DNA of 64,000 nucleotides from Octopus sinensis (taxonomy: Eukaryota), in contig NC_043007.1 in NCBI RefSeq assembly GCF_006345805.1, forward strand, positions 8,246,001-8,310,000, read 5' to 3'. Positions 1 through 12,929 of the stretch are shown here, piece by piece. Made by a program: the position numbers and the translations under genes. The notes under the pieces are model-generated. The model worked only from the letters and a program-made list of their open reading frames with translations, did not search any database and was not told the origin of the DNA. Within the stretch, counting starts at the first letter, position 1; every line of letters starts with the position of its first letter.

Positions 1-1740
1 CCTTTTACATCGACCACAACTGCTTTACCTCCCAAGCTAACCTGTCATATCTCTCGACTTTTCTTTCTTCCTTGTCGCATACCTTGTTGTCAGCTGGGAA
101 TGCTATATCTATGATCCAGCATAGTTTGTTTTCTTTCTCAATTAAGACTATGTCTGGCTTCCTATTCATAAAATCATAAAATCCCACAGAATCTTTGCAT
201 TTCTATTTTCTACGATGCCTTCATGTTTGTGGTCTATTGTGTATTTTATGTAGTTTGTTCTTAGTGCTTGCTCTTGGGCAGCACAGATTTAGAGCCTCCA
301 TTTCCGGTTTTAAATCACTTTTAGTCATCCACAGCCATCTTTTCTCTTTTTTTGTCTTATCTTCAACATCCTTATGAAATTGACCATGCATCCTTTTCTT
401 TACCCACCTATTTTCAGTTTCATTCGTTTTCAATTTCTTGTACAGTGCTTTATCTTTGCAATCTTTCATCCTACACAAGCGCGACCTTCCTACTTCTAAT
501 TACAGCGGTTCTGTGGCATTTTTTACACACCATGCTATGTTGTTTTTTCTGTTCTAATGCTGTGTTCGCATCCAATCAGTCCTCTTCCCCCTCTTTTCCT
601 TGGTACATACAGTCTGTCTGTGTCACATTTTGGGTGGAGTGACCCATATCTAATTAGCAACTTCCTTGTCTTTCTGTCTAAGCTGTTTAATTCGTCTACT
701 GTCCGTGCGATTACCCCTGCTCCATATCTGAGGAGTGAAACCGCCCAGGTGTTGATAGCTTCGATCTTATTCCGTCCATTTAATTTCGACTTAAGGATCA
801 GTCTCAGTCTGCGCAAGTACTCCTCCTTAAATTTTTCTGTCATGTCTTTCTCCGTCAATTTATTCATTTCCAGTATCCCCAAGTACTTATAGCCCGTCTC
901 TTCTATCTGCTTCATAACCTCCCCCGACGGTATCGCTAGCCCCTCCATACATTTGATTTTGCCTCTCTTCAAGATTAACACACCACACTTTCTCAGTCCG
1001 AACTCCATTCTGATATCAGCACTGAAGGTATACACTGTATCAACGAAGGAACTGACAAGGGCTTCATCTTTACCATAAAGTTTGAGGTGGTCCATGAATA
1101 ACAAGTGGTTGACTTTTTGTTGGCGACTTTTGAATACATACCCAGCTTTTGCTTTCCTCAGAATCACTGTTAGTGGTATCAAGCACAGTACAACGATCAG
1201 TGGGAACAGGCAGTCCCCTTGGAGGATGTCCCTCTTAATTTCTACCGTCCCTAAATTCTTTTGATCCAGTAGCCTTGAACTCCATCTGGTCCCGGGGCCT
1301 TCCGGTTGCTCTTTTTTGGTGGGGGGGGGCTGATTTCCTTCACTTCCTTAACTGAAATGACTAGTTCTGCCTGTTTTAGACAGACTACTGTTTGTTTCAG
1401 TTCTTGCAACCATTCAGAATCCTTCTTGTGCTCCTTGTCTTTGCTCCAGATGTCACTCCGAAACCTTTGACTTTCAATGTTATCTGGTATCAACTTTTCA
1501 TCTGTACACTCACCATTTATATCTTTATAGAATCTCTTCTGATCTACTCTGAATAGCCTATTCTGGTGGTAACCCTTCATTCTTTGGTCGTATCTTACCA
1601 TCTTTGCTTTCTTTGCTACGAGGCGCTGTTTCAGTTCCTCCACTTCTACTTTCAGGCCCTTTCTTTCAATATTATACTTCCTTTTCAGTGCCCTATATTT
1701 TTGTTCGCTTTTAAGCTCCCCTTAAATTCGTCGAATGACA
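1..1740 (-). mobile_element. Degenerate RLE-type non-LTR retrotransposon (R4/Dong-like): RT plus restriction-like endonuclease fragments
   Basis: Collinear broken minus-strand ORFs: 1251-1643 (KAPGPDGVQGYW), 535-1182 (NHLLFMDHLKLY, YKYLG, RLYVPRKRGGRGL), 221-478 (KRMHGQF), 5-187 (RKPDIVLIEK..WIIDIAFP..K..RY, a PD-(D/E)xK RLE motif). Frameshifted; runs off the window start. Confidence 0.85.
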
Positions 1741-1969
1741 GGCAGAAACTTTATTGAAGAACACTCTTTGTCTCACACACAGTAATGGCTCCGGCTGTTA
1801 ACATACAAAATAAGCTTGACTCTGATATTGAAATTTCACGAAATCTAAATATATTTTTATTTTCTTCGATAAAACCAATAAACTATACGAAATAAACAAT
1901 AACAATATATACACAATTACTTATAAAAACTATCGCTACCAATTAATGAAAAATTAGTGCACAGATATA

Positions 1970-1971
1970 AT

Positions 1972-2046
<75 letters not shown>

Positions 2047-2075
2047 AACAACAATAACAACAACAAACAAACAAC
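1970..2075 (+). repeat. (AAC)n microsatellite
   Basis: Directly visible. Confidence 0.95.
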
Positions 2076-2379
2076 GTAAATAATGAGCCAAAAAATAGAG
2101 ATCAGGAAGTGATATTAGAAAATAGCTTTGTGCGAGACGAACAACTCAAAATGTAGGTTAATTAATTCAGCTAAATCAGAGATTGAGCAAATTAGTTAGA
2201 AAATATTAAGTAAAAATAACAAATAGCATTAGAAAGACAACCCGGTACCAACAATGGAAAGCAAGGATTGGTTTTCCTATTAATTTAAAGCATGACTCGA
2301 CGTTTGACATTGCTGTTTTTTAATGTTCGCGTTAGCACCCTACATTTCGACAGAAGATACAACAGCCTAGATAACAGAG

Positions 2380-3600
2380 ACATAGCAAATGGTATGCATT
2401 CAAGAAAGACTACTTTTCAATGAAATTCTGCTTGAGACAAAAAATCAGATCCAACCGGTCCAATTGATGTTTGCATGTAATGGTTTGAGAGAACAAATAG
2501 TCGGAATGTCGTTGGTCTACGTACCCAAGGCGTACTAACCGCGAAATTCGCTCCATCTACCACAGGAATCTTTAGAGTCGACAGACTTACCGCTTCTTCT
2601 CACGCCAGTTGGCCTACATTAGAAAACGTTAGGAAAATTCGTGAACACATTCAAGAATTTCGATCCAAAAATGACCATCATCGTAGTTTTGTAAACATCT
2701 TAAGTGTCACCCTCGACTTACACACTTACAAAGTGCACACTAAACTCAAAGACATACTTATTAACATTGGTTCCTGTTTTCTATCTTCAGTCTTTAGAAA
2801 TTTAATTAGTAACATTAGTTGAAGAATCTCCAAATTTTCTTCAAACAAAAATCTTCGATAAGCCAGTTTCCTGTTACAGAATTGATTTAGCAAACAAGAG
2901 TCAAAGATAAAATTACTTACATTCGTCTATGCTACATGAGAATTGACCCTGCAACATTTTATAGGTTCTACTCCTTGCTGTAAACATGTTGTTGCAAAAA
3001 CATTTCTAGACTTAAAAGATAAATATTTTTCAATTTAACACCAAGACAGAAAATTCTTCATCGGATACCACTTAAAACTTAGTTACAGTAATATGTCCAA
3101 CATGAAATGCATCACAACACAAGAGCACAATGCCATATTAGGTAATGTTCACGTGCAGAAACACCGATGCACACCTACTCATTCAACTGCGTAATGCTGA
3201 AGCGAAGTATAGGAAGCAAACGTCACCTCTGCCAAATCTAATAGAACAACAGAGCGTAAAAAATATCAGGAGGGGCATGTTCAAACTACATAAAATATAA
3301 CAGGGATAAATTCAAACAACGTTGCCTTCATCTTTCTTCATCTTTCAGCCTTGTTAAAAAGAAGAACGCAACGACTTTGTCTAACAACATTTGGAACTTA
3401 AAAGGACACATCAACGATTTTGATAATAATACTAGAGCAATACACACGTTATACGACTGATACAAACAACTGCAAATTATACAGCAGAGAGGGAAGCAAC
3501 TACATACTGGAAAACAAGAAAATTCGCAAATTACTTAAACACAAGATTTGAATTTTTCACGAAAATTCACTTCGCCAAATTCGTAATTCAATTCTGGAAA
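2380..3600 (+). mobile_element. Highly decayed Penelope-like element remnant (RT and GIY-YIG-region fragments)
   Basis: Short translated patches resemble PLE RT (KKTT..DPTGQ.DV, NILSVTLDL) and the C-terminal FKQR..SSF..KKKNATTLSNNIWNLK motif. Similar to the better preserved copy at 32370-33120. Confidence 0.55.
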
Positions 3601-3859
3601 TTCACACCGCTGCTGGGTCTAAAATTCATACATTAAGCATACAGCTGCACTCCCTTTACTTCTAAACCTTGTTGCCTGAACATAGTTCCACTCTTAAACT
3701 CCCGAAATTTACAACACCACCGGATCAAACTTTAAGCACCCCACCTTTTGTTAACTCTCCCTATTTATATTATCTCTTGTTCTGATTCCTTAGATTAGCT
3801 TTACCTATCAACACCGCCAACTTTCATTCGCTTATCCGTTTGTTTATCCTACTCTCTTA

Positions 3860-4075
3860 CTCGTTTTACTCTTTTACTTGTTTCAATCATTTGACTGCGG
3901 CCGTGCTGGAGCACCGCCTTTTGTCGAGCAAACCGACCCCAGAACTTATTCTTTGTAAGCCTAGTACTTATTCTATCGGTTTCTTTTGCCGAACAGTTAA
4001 GTTACGGGGACGTAAACATACCAGCATCGGTTGTCAAGCGATGTTGGAGGGACAAACACAGACACACAAACATAT
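3860..4075. mobile_element. Dispersed SINE-like repeat (tttcagtcatttgactgcggccatgctggagcaccgcc family)
   Basis: Near-identical to 41500-41705; related copies at about 4490-4690, 28580-28800 and 30750-30910. Confidence 0.8.
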
Positions 4076-5754
4076 ATACACACACACACACATACACACT
4101 CATATATATATATATATATATACATATATAACCAAACTGGACCTTTGACCAGATTGAACCTTTTAAATATAGGCACAGTCCACGCGATGGGCTTAGGCTC
4201 AAGTTGGCCCCAGGACGTAGAAGAAGTAGACATTTTAAGATGCATTGAACTCGATCCCTCGAGATTACGAGGTGAACTTCTTAATCGGTCATTCTGCACC
4301 TATTTCTTTTACGAAGCTCACTTTGGAACCATGTGGTTTCGGGTTCACTTCCACTGTGCAGAACTGTGGGCAACTGTCTTTTACTATAGTCCCGAGCTCA
4401 CTAATGTTTTATGAGTAAATTTAATTGGTGGAAACTATGCGGAAGCCTTTTTATATATCTATATATATATATGTATGTGTCTGTCTTTGAATCTGTGTTT
4501 GTTCCTACACACCGATCGTAACCTGTGTTGGTTTGTTTATACCCCTGTAACTGAGCAATTCGACAAAGGGTGATCGATAAAATAAGTATCAGACTTTAAA
4601 TTAAGTAGTAAGGTCGACTTGTACGACTAAAACCCGTCGTTGACGTCCTCCAGCATGGCCATAGTCCAGTGATTAATACAAGTAAAAAAAATAAAAGGTA
4701 GAAGATAATAAACTATGATTAGAAAAAGATGGGATGGTTATGGTTGGAACACCGTTGATCATAGGTTTACTTAATCAGATCTAATCCGGGATTAAACAAC
4801 AACAAAAGAAACGGCAAGCAGGTTTTTATGTTTTTGGTGGAGTTTTGTGTTTATGAGTTGGTCAGTCAATGACGGGACAGTGCCCACAACCCTTATAGAC
4901 TTTACCATACAAACCTAGGTCAGACATGGGGTGGGGATTAAAGGTCGAGTCCAAAAGACAGCAACAGAGTCGATTCGGATAAAGGAGCCAAAAAAAAAAA
5001 CCAACTGTAGCTTTCGTGTCTTTTTTTAAAGTGTAATGTGATTCCATGACGTATATGCTGTAGAACCAGAAAGAATAGCTTCTCCGAAGTCATTTGATCT
5101 GCTAGAAATAGGAACCAAATCTCCCCCAAAGCAAATCCTAATGTTTTAAAAAAATCGGGAAGGTTGCATTTGATGATACACTTCTAGATATACATGATAG
5201 AATGGTCAGAAGTGGTTTGAATTTGATCATAGAACCTTCCCAATTGGAGCTGACCTGAATCTAAACAAGAAAACCATATTTCCCTGTCATCTAGAGACTT
5301 GTTTCTTCTAAAAATTTTAATAATATAAACAGAAAATAGAAACACGAACATACATACACATATGCGCGCACACGCACACATATCGGTAGCTCTATCTAAA
5401 TGAACGTTCGATTACTAAGCTACTGCTGTCTATTAATCATTTAAACGAAACCATTATTTGTTTCTTTTATCAGATCTAACCAGATATTAGAGGAAAATTT
5501 TAAACACAGCTGACGTCACTTACTTAATCTACTTCGCGAAGTTATTTGATTAAAACTTCGTCTGGTTTTAAGCAAGCTGTATTCATGGTCTATTACACAC
5601 TTCCTGACCGATATTCAAACCGAACATCGGTCAATAATGCAAGATTTTCATCATTCGACTGGACATTATTGAATGCTATATGTTGTATGAAACAAAAATG
5701 GCCGCCGATGCAGAAACAGACGACCGACCAAAGGAGATTGACGGTTCGTATCGT

Positions 5755-5890
5755 TTACAATTCTACATTGTGTTCGTCCGTGGTCGAGGAACTTTCACTG
5801 ATTCTGTAAATCTTCTTTGGTGTCCGTCTATCTGTCACGAGAGACATTGGAGTTTGGGAACACGGATCAGTCAGGATTTGAGCTGCAGCA
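5755..5890 (-). CDS. Candidate terminal coding exon of an unrecognised minus-strand gene (AAAQILTDPC...DEHNVEL*)
   Basis: Good acceptor ttcttcttcgtag; 44 open codons to TAA in the phase required by the candidate exon 7111-7246. No homology recognised. Confidence 0.4.
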
Positions 5891-6811
5891 CTACGAAGAA
5901 GAATAAAGCAATTCACCGTCAATGTTGTTGCTGCTATTTTTCACTGATGACACTGGAGTATCCTCTTTCGAACACAAGCCTGAGTTGGGTGTATGGCGAT
6001 CCAGGGCTGCCCAAACACCAGAGTCACAGACTCTTAACCTCTCTACTGTAACCCAAAGGTGTGTAGAACAATATATTTGGCACTAGTTTGGCTGCAGAAT
6101 TTGCCATAAGAGTGTCCAGCAGACACCAAACTCTCTTTGGTGTTCTATTCCTAATTTTTATAAGGTTAACTCCCTACGTTTACCACACTAGATTGTGAGA
6201 TTTTTACCTTTAGTTCCGAATCTGTATCACTAGACATGGTGCCATATCAGATAATATCAACTGAAGCCAGCTGAAATGAGATTCATCTAAGACTGGAATG
6301 TTGCACACTGAAGTAGTAAGAGAGGATGTTATTCAATACCTAGAGTAAAATAAAGTACAATATCTAAATTCTTCATTGAAACAACTCAAGAAAAACCTTT
6401 TACATGAAATTAGAAAAGAAGCTTTAAATTTTAAACTATCTCCAGAAACCATGATGTTATGTACCAGTGATCAATTAAGATTTAAACTTAAAGTGCTTGC
6501 AGTGACTGTCACATTTCATAATAGACACTGCAGTGTAATGTCTCGACCTAGAGACGCTCCCACCCCGCCCATCACTGAGCTACGCACCCAGTCGAATAAG
6601 GTGCGATTTAAGGAAAGGTAACTGATATTTCTTACAGGCTGAGCGACCACGTGTAAATTTATGCATGCAATTCATTGCAGTGAGCAGCGATTTGAGTGTA
6701 TGCTGGGTGGGGAGAGGGAGAGAAATTACTAATATTTAACTATTCATCTTATTAGAAAATTACTATTTTTAAACCTCATAACGTGAGATATTCAGCAATA
6801 GTACTTTGTTG

Positions 6812-7041
6812 TAAAGATTGTTTGCCAACATAATATGGCAGTCCTGGTTTAGGACGAATGTTGCTGTAATTTAGCCCCAGGAGACATCGTCTCCAGCTGG
6901 TTATACGACACGATCTGTTCGAAAATATAAGGACACATATCGTGTCGTATAGCCAGCTGGAGACGATGTCTCCTGGGGCTAAATTACAGCAACATTCGTC
7001 CTAAACCAGGACTGCCATGTTATGGTGGCAAACAATCTTTA
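6812..7041. mobile_element. Hairpin MITE with ~103-bp near-perfect inverted arms, TA at both ends
   Basis: 6812-6914 is the reverse complement of 6939-7041 with few mismatches; 24-nt spacer. Confidence 0.85.
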
Positions 7042-7110
7042 TTCATCTTATGTATTGGACAGTTCATTTGCCACACTGAGGTAACCGCCACCTGGTGGTG
7101 CATATCTTAC

Positions 7111-7246
7111 TTGACTATCGGAGATTCCACAAAGTGAAAGAGCTTAGAAAATGCCTTCGTCCAATAGTTTTGTCTCATTTCATTATCGTCGTTGTCGTCT
7201 TCATCACCATCATCATCAGCATAAATCTCTGTTGAGCATCTTCTTC
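7111..7246 (-). CDS. Candidate internal exon of the unrecognised minus-strand gene (RRCSTEIYADDD...LFHFVESPIV)
   Basis: Open frame, strong donor AA|GTAAGA; the acceptor (taatctaaag) is weak. Confidence 0.35.
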
Positions 7247-7299
7247 CTTTAGATTATCTCTACTCAAATGAGGATGTTAAACGTTTTTGGAGTTGAGTA

Positions 7300-7860
7300 C
7301 TTTGATCGGCTTTACTTTTCATTCCTCCGGGGTGAATAAAATAAAGTTTCTGTCATCGCTAAAGGTCGATAATATTGACTAAGCTCTTGCTCCCTCAAAA
7401 AATTGCTGGCCTTGTGCCTAAATCAGAAACTATTATTGAAGGCATTGAGCCAGCAGAATCGTTAGCACGCCGGACAAAATGTTGAGCGGCATTTCTTCTG
7501 GCTACAATCTTGCCGAGGTTAACTTTACCTATCTTCCTTTCGGGGTCGATAAAATAAGATATCAGCGAAGCATGGAGACCAATATAATCGATTTTCCCCC
7601 TCCCCTCAAAATTCTAAACAATTATTATTATTATTACCATTCGAGGGCGGCGAGCTGGCCGAATCGTTAGCACGCTGGACAAAATGCTTAGCGATAATTC
7701 GCCCACCGCTACGTTCTGAGGTCGACTTTGCCTTTCATCTATTTGGGATCGATAAATTAAGTACCAGTTGCATACTGGGGTCGATGTAATCAACCCATCC
7801 CCACCTCCCTCAAGCTGCCTTTGTGGCAAAAATTTGAAATAATTACTATTACCATTCCAT
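7300..7860 (+). mobile_element. Tandem cluster of tRNA-derived SINE copies (ggcggcgagctggcagaatcgttagcacg family)
   Basis: Same family recurs at about 11160-11975, 16444-16660, 36610-36790 and 49220-49325. Confidence 0.75.
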
Positions 7861-8208
7861 TTAGTAGAGGTCACTTCACAGTAATTGTAGCTTAGGAGGG
7901 ATTTTGAACTCAGGGCTGGAACAGAAACCACAAGTCATCTCGTTAACAATTCCAAATACATTCCAAATTCTGGAACTTTATTTATTGATCCCGGGAGGAT
8001 AAAAAACAAAAGTTGACCTAAGTGGGGTTTGAACTTACAGTGTAAAAGGCCGTAACAAATTAGCGGAATATTTTATTTAAAATGATGCATGAACGACCCA
8101 TCCGGTTTAGCACCTCCATTGCCCTTCCATAAACAGTTTCATATTTGGTGGTAGGGAGGACCAAATAACATATTCACTCGTTGTTTTTCATTGTTAGTTT
8201 TACACACA

Positions 8209-8248
<40 letters not shown>

Positions 8249-8311
8249 ACATACATATATGTATGTATTTATATGAATATATTTTGGACTTTTGGACTTT
8301 CCTCTATCTCC

Positions 8312-8348
8312 TGTTTCTGAAGAGGAGCTTTGCTCGAAACGTAAAATA
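8312..8348 (+). ncRNA. Minimal type-I hammerhead ribozyme-like motif in a Penelope-type repeat
   Basis: tgttt-CTGAAGA-g-GAGC-ttt-GCTC-GAAA-C-GTA-aaata: core boxes, 4-bp stem II, palindromic ACGT stem III, 5-bp stem I. Confidence 0.55.
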
Positions 8349-8556
8349 ACTTTTCTTTCCCTCAGCGTCTTATTAATACCTTCCATGTACCACTAACCCG
8401 CGTTGTTTTACAGTCAAGTTTCGACTGCTATATCTAGCATGCTGGTATCTCTTAGATACCCTTAATTATAATTTTAATAATAATTATTACCTATGAGGTT
8501 TTTATTCCCATGCCAGCCACTTGATATGATCGGTATTTTAAATAACGATCTTATTC

Positions 8557-8601
<45 letters not shown>

Positions 8602-8643
8602 CTTATATATATATATACCAGAGTAATCTCATATATATAAAGA

Positions 8644-8694
<51 letters not shown>

Positions 8695-8740
8695 GAGGCT
8701 AAGTAAACCGACAGCTTCTTCTTTATCTCCTTCGACCAAC

Positions 8741-8769
8741 CGTTTGTCAAGTTTATCCTTCCACTTGAA
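8741..8769 (-). CDS. Candidate small exon of the unrecognised minus-strand gene
   Basis: ttacag acceptor, G|GTTGGT donor; 29 nt bridging phase 2 to phase 1. An alternative donor lies at about 8708. Confidence 0.3.
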
Positions 8770-8897
8770 CTGTAATTATGTTTGTGTGTTGTGTGAGTGA
8801 GTATGTGTTAGTATTTGTGTGTATGTGTGTGTGTGTGCTTGTTTGTGCGTATGTTTGCATGCCTGTGTGTACGTGTGTAGAAGCATATGCCATATAC

Positions 8898-9058
8898 CTG
8901 GCTTCTATCGACCAAGTAGATTTTGTCATCTTCATCGCCCACCCCCACCCCTTACCGCTGCTCGTCCGTTTCAACATTTCCCTGTCGACTTTATCTTTGA
9001 TGTTAAATCTGTGCATCTCTCTTTTCGTCTCCTTTTCTCCTTTCAATGTAAAACGTGG
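8898..9058 (-). CDS. Candidate exon of the unrecognised minus-strand gene (PRFTLKGEKETKREMHRF...WSIEA)
   Basis: tttctcaag acceptor, CAG|GTATAT donor, 53 open codons; an island of complex sequence between CA/GT microsatellites. Confidence 0.4.
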
Positions 9059-9229
9059 CTTGAGAAATCAAACACCCAACCAACACTTTTATCAACTTTC
9101 ATTTATACACACATCATACATACATGCGTGCGTGTGCGCGCACGTGTGTGTGTTTGAGTGTTTGAGTGTTTGTGTGTGTTATTTTTGCTGAAGTAAATTT
9201 CAGTTTCATATTTTAAAAATTTATCTCAC

Positions 9230-9293
9230 AAACGTCGTCTCCATAAAAAAATTTCTGTTGGCATATTTAGCGCAATGAGTATTAAGAAAATAA
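9230..9293 (-). CDS. Candidate exon of the unrecognised minus-strand gene (YFLNTHCAKYANRNFFMETTF)
   Basis: atttctag acceptor, T|GTGAGA donor, phase-compatible with 8898-9058. Confidence 0.35.
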
Positions 9294-9399
9294 CTAGAAA
9301 TACTTTTACGATGTAGAGATAAAAATAGCATTAGCTCTATGGAAGCTCCTCTAGCGCCACTGCTCTCTCTCCCGGAAGAGGAAGCTCCGCATCTACAAT

Positions 9400-9880
9400 A
9401 CATGTCCTCTCCATTCTCCTCTGTGGAGCAGAAACGTGGCCCCTCTCGAAGACCCTGGCAAAGAGAATTGACAGCTTCGATAGCAGAGCCCTGGTACCAT
9501 CACATTTCCGACAAAGAATTTCGTGGGCACTCGCATCAGCCCGTAGCCTCCCACCTCATTGCTATCCGCCGCAAGCGCTGGTACGGACATGTCCTCCGCC
9601 TCCCGCGAGATCATCCTACCGGGGTTTTACTCTTATTTGATGCAGCAGCTGCGGGTTGGAAGAGACCCCATGGCAGGCACAGCACCAGATGGCTGGACGA
9701 GATTGGGGAGAATCACCAGCGGCTCAAACTCACCTTGGAGGATACAAAAGGACCGACAGGAGACCGACAGCAATGGAGAGCACTGGTAAACCTGGTCGGC
9801 TCTACGCATGATGACACCTCTGGGACCACTAACCTGGAGTCACCCCAGCCCCACTACGCAAGAGAATGAAGTCTAGAAAG
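9400..9880 (+). mobile_element. RTE-clade LINE 3' fragment
   Basis: RRKRWYGHVLRL...WKRPHGR..TRWLD...DRQQWRALV is the typical RTE ORF C-terminus. Confidence 0.8.
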
Positions 9881-12309
9881 CCAGCCAGCCAATGATTAAT
9901 ATCATTTTATTATTATTTGAGAAAGAGACACAACCTCAGAACCTTTTTAGACCCCAACAAGACATTGATTTCACAATACAGTCCATAGTTGTTGCCCCTA
10001 TTCGTTGAATTGATTGATAGAAAATTAATCATTGAGTTAGCAAACATGAACATTTCTAGTTAGATTTATTATTGTCACTACACTATTAAATATGTTATCA
10101 CTAACTTGACTATTTTTATGAGGCAGGCGTCACTGAGTAATTAACCTCAATATTTTGAAGTTGTTATAGTCGTTGTTTTAAATATGTGAAAATGCTCTCC
10201 CTCCGTCGAACACAATTGAATCGCTTATCTCCGTTCCGTATTACATCGTTAATTTGATACAATTTTTTGTCCAATCGTTGACAGTTCTTGGGCCTTCCAC
10301 ATCATTCACTTCTTTTGCCGTTGTCCACAGAGCGAAAAATGACTCTAATTGCATTTTGATTTTACCTTTCATTATCAAAGCTGCAAAATAAAGAATACAT
10401 AATTAATGTTAATCTGTTATACTTGAAAAAAAAAGAACAAACAGGGCCCTTGAACGGAACACCAATCCATCGCAGGGTAACCCGAGTTGACTGGGGCAAC
10501 GTGAAATGAAGTGTTTTGCTCAAAAACACAACACACTGCCGATCTGAGAATCGAAACCACGACCTTGCGATCGTGAGTGTAACGTCCTAACCACTAGGGC
10601 ATACGCCTTTACAAAACAGATGAATACGATTGGCTGAAAGGAAATTGTAACGTCATGGGATTTCTCGTCTGTATTAAAGATGGACAAAAGAAGATTAAAA
10701 CGCCTGGCAAATATCCTCCACCTTTTCCAATTCAGTGGACATAAAAATGCAAGACCAACGTTTGTTAAGTAAATAACGTCCGTGAATTGCAAGCGGTCCT
10801 TCTGGCTCATTGCCTAAAAGAAGTTCTGCTAGCTTGGTGGAATTTTCCGCGTATAAAACTTACGAAATTGTGGAAAGGAAAATTCCACAATTCCGTAACT
10901 TTTATGTTCCTATAAGCGGAACTCTTGCCGAGGAAACTTCAATATTTGCTATCCGACTCCACACTGCACACGCATAGACATATGCACACATAAACATACA
11001 GACGTACACACACATGCACACACACTCACACACACACACACGCGCACACACACACACTCACACACACACTCACACACACACGCACACAAAGCTATGCTGG
11101 TTCACCATTATATATTTACTTACACTCCAAGGGCGATAACATCTCTAGTTACACCAAAACATGCATGTTCTGAGTTCAAATCCTGCCAAGGTCAAATTCG
11201 CCCTTTCAAACTTTTTGTGCACTGGGGTCGATGTAATCCGCTACCCGCCTCCCCACCTTCACCCGAAATTTCAGGCTTTGTGCTAATAGCAGAAAGGATA
11301 TTCGCTCCGGCTCTTTATTTGCAGGATTTTAATTACGCCGAGGTTAACTTTGCCGTTATATTCTTCCAAGATCGATAAAGTACCAATCAAGCACTGTAGT
11401 CGATATGATCGAATGGCCTCCTCCCTCTTCTGTAATTGCTGGCCTTGTGCCGAAATTAGAAGCTATAAGGTGCAATGGATTAGCAGAATCGCTGGATTAT
11501 CGGACAAAATACTTTGTGGTGTTTGTTGCTGTTCTTTCAGAGTTCAAATCTTGCCGAAGTCAACTTGACCTTTTATCCTTTCAGGGTCGATAAAATAAAG
11601 TACGAGACAAGTACTGAGGTCGATTGTTCATACACACACACACACACGTTCCTGGCCTCGTACCTGTGATACAAGCAATCGCTATTTCTATCGTGCTTTG
11701 AGGGAAGAGAACGAGGAACAAAATCAAACTCAGAAATTTGAATTTCTTGGTTTGAATATTCTTTTCTACGCTAGACACAAGGCCCGAAATTTTGGGGATA
11801 GGGGGTCAGTCGATTAGATCGACCCCAGTACGCAACTAGTACTTAATTTATCGACCACGAAAGGATGAAAGACAAAGCCAACTTCGGTGGAATTTGAACT
11901 CAGAACATGAAGACAGACGAAATACCGCTAAGCATTTCGCCCGGTGTGCTAACGTGTCTGCCAGCTCGCCGTCTTACTTAGTTTAAATATTGTAAAACAC
12001 TTCATCCAAGTCTTTTTTGTTCGTAGAAAAACTTGAACGTTTTTCCACAAAATTGAACGAAAATCCAGAGAAATGAATGCTGGTTGGATCGAAACTGGAT
12101 CTAAAATACAGCTGACTGGCTGGCTGGAAGTTATCTTTTTCAACAACGTTCGCAGGTTGACGACTTTGGGGGGAATATGAGCTGGGGAACGAAGTCTCAT
12201 TGCTTGAAGATTTCCTTTGAGGTTTAGAAACCTAATTAAAAAAGAAATTGTTTTAATGAAGAATAAAATATAAATTGCAAAACAAAATGGCCATCTCCGA
12301 CGTGCATCA

Positions 12310-12835
12310 GCTTGGTCTTGGCCCAAAGGCCAAGCTTTGCTGATCCTTCACTGAACTTCCGAGCTGGTCGATCGAGTTGCTGGATAAGTCCACACACTTC
12401 AGGTCAGCAAGGCGGTAGTTGCTGAAGGTAACGCCAAACACTCGCTCACAGACTTTGGTCGTCAGATAATCGATGACACAGTTGAAGTGGTCAGGATCGG
12501 CCACGCAGCCCTGACTGATCCCGCTGTTGATGGGGAACCCGCACGCAGCTCTCGGCACTGTTATAGAACTGTTGGAACAAGGCGGTGATCTTGAGAGGCG
12601 CACCGACAAGCTTGAATATTTGCCCGAGGAATGTGTGGTCGACTGTGTCGAAAGCTGCGTTGAGGTCAACGGAGGCGGTGTAGAGGTGGTGGTCATTGCT
12701 GGAGGTGAATAACAAAGATTTCCAGAGGTTCGATGTCGCTTTGGCGGATGCAGGGGTGGGGCTGGCACGACACCATCAACGATGGCAAACACTGGTAGAC
12801 CTGGGAACACTAACCTGGGATGACACCAGCCCAAT
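12310..12835 (-). mobile_element. RTE-like LINE reverse transcriptase fragment
   Basis: VDLNAAFDTVDH, and INSGISQGCV...FNCVIDY...LADL in a second frame. Confidence 0.8.
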
Positions 12836-12929
12836 CAAGCAAAATCATGAAGCGAAAATAAAATAGACACACCAGTATCCTTCCATCATGCAATCAAAAT
12901 TAATATGGTTGCTTGATACAATCGCGCGA

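Noticed and set aside
5511-5706. Cluster of CRE (TGACGTCA), ACTTCGCGAAGT palindrome and YY1-like AAAATGGCCGCC motifs as a promoter
   Set aside because: Short motifs only, with no linked downstream exon; may simply be 3' UTR of the candidate minus-strand gene.
5698-5760. Plus-strand MAADAETDDRPKEIDGS resembling the RtcA N-terminus, followed by GTATCGTTT
   Set aside because: No EGGGQ-containing continuation found; the donor deviates from the U12 consensus; the similarity is only about 5 residues.
7111-7150. LFHFVESPIV resembling the TRPM pre-S1 'FY.APIVKF' motif
   Set aside because: The next compatible exon has no transmembrane helices and terminates.
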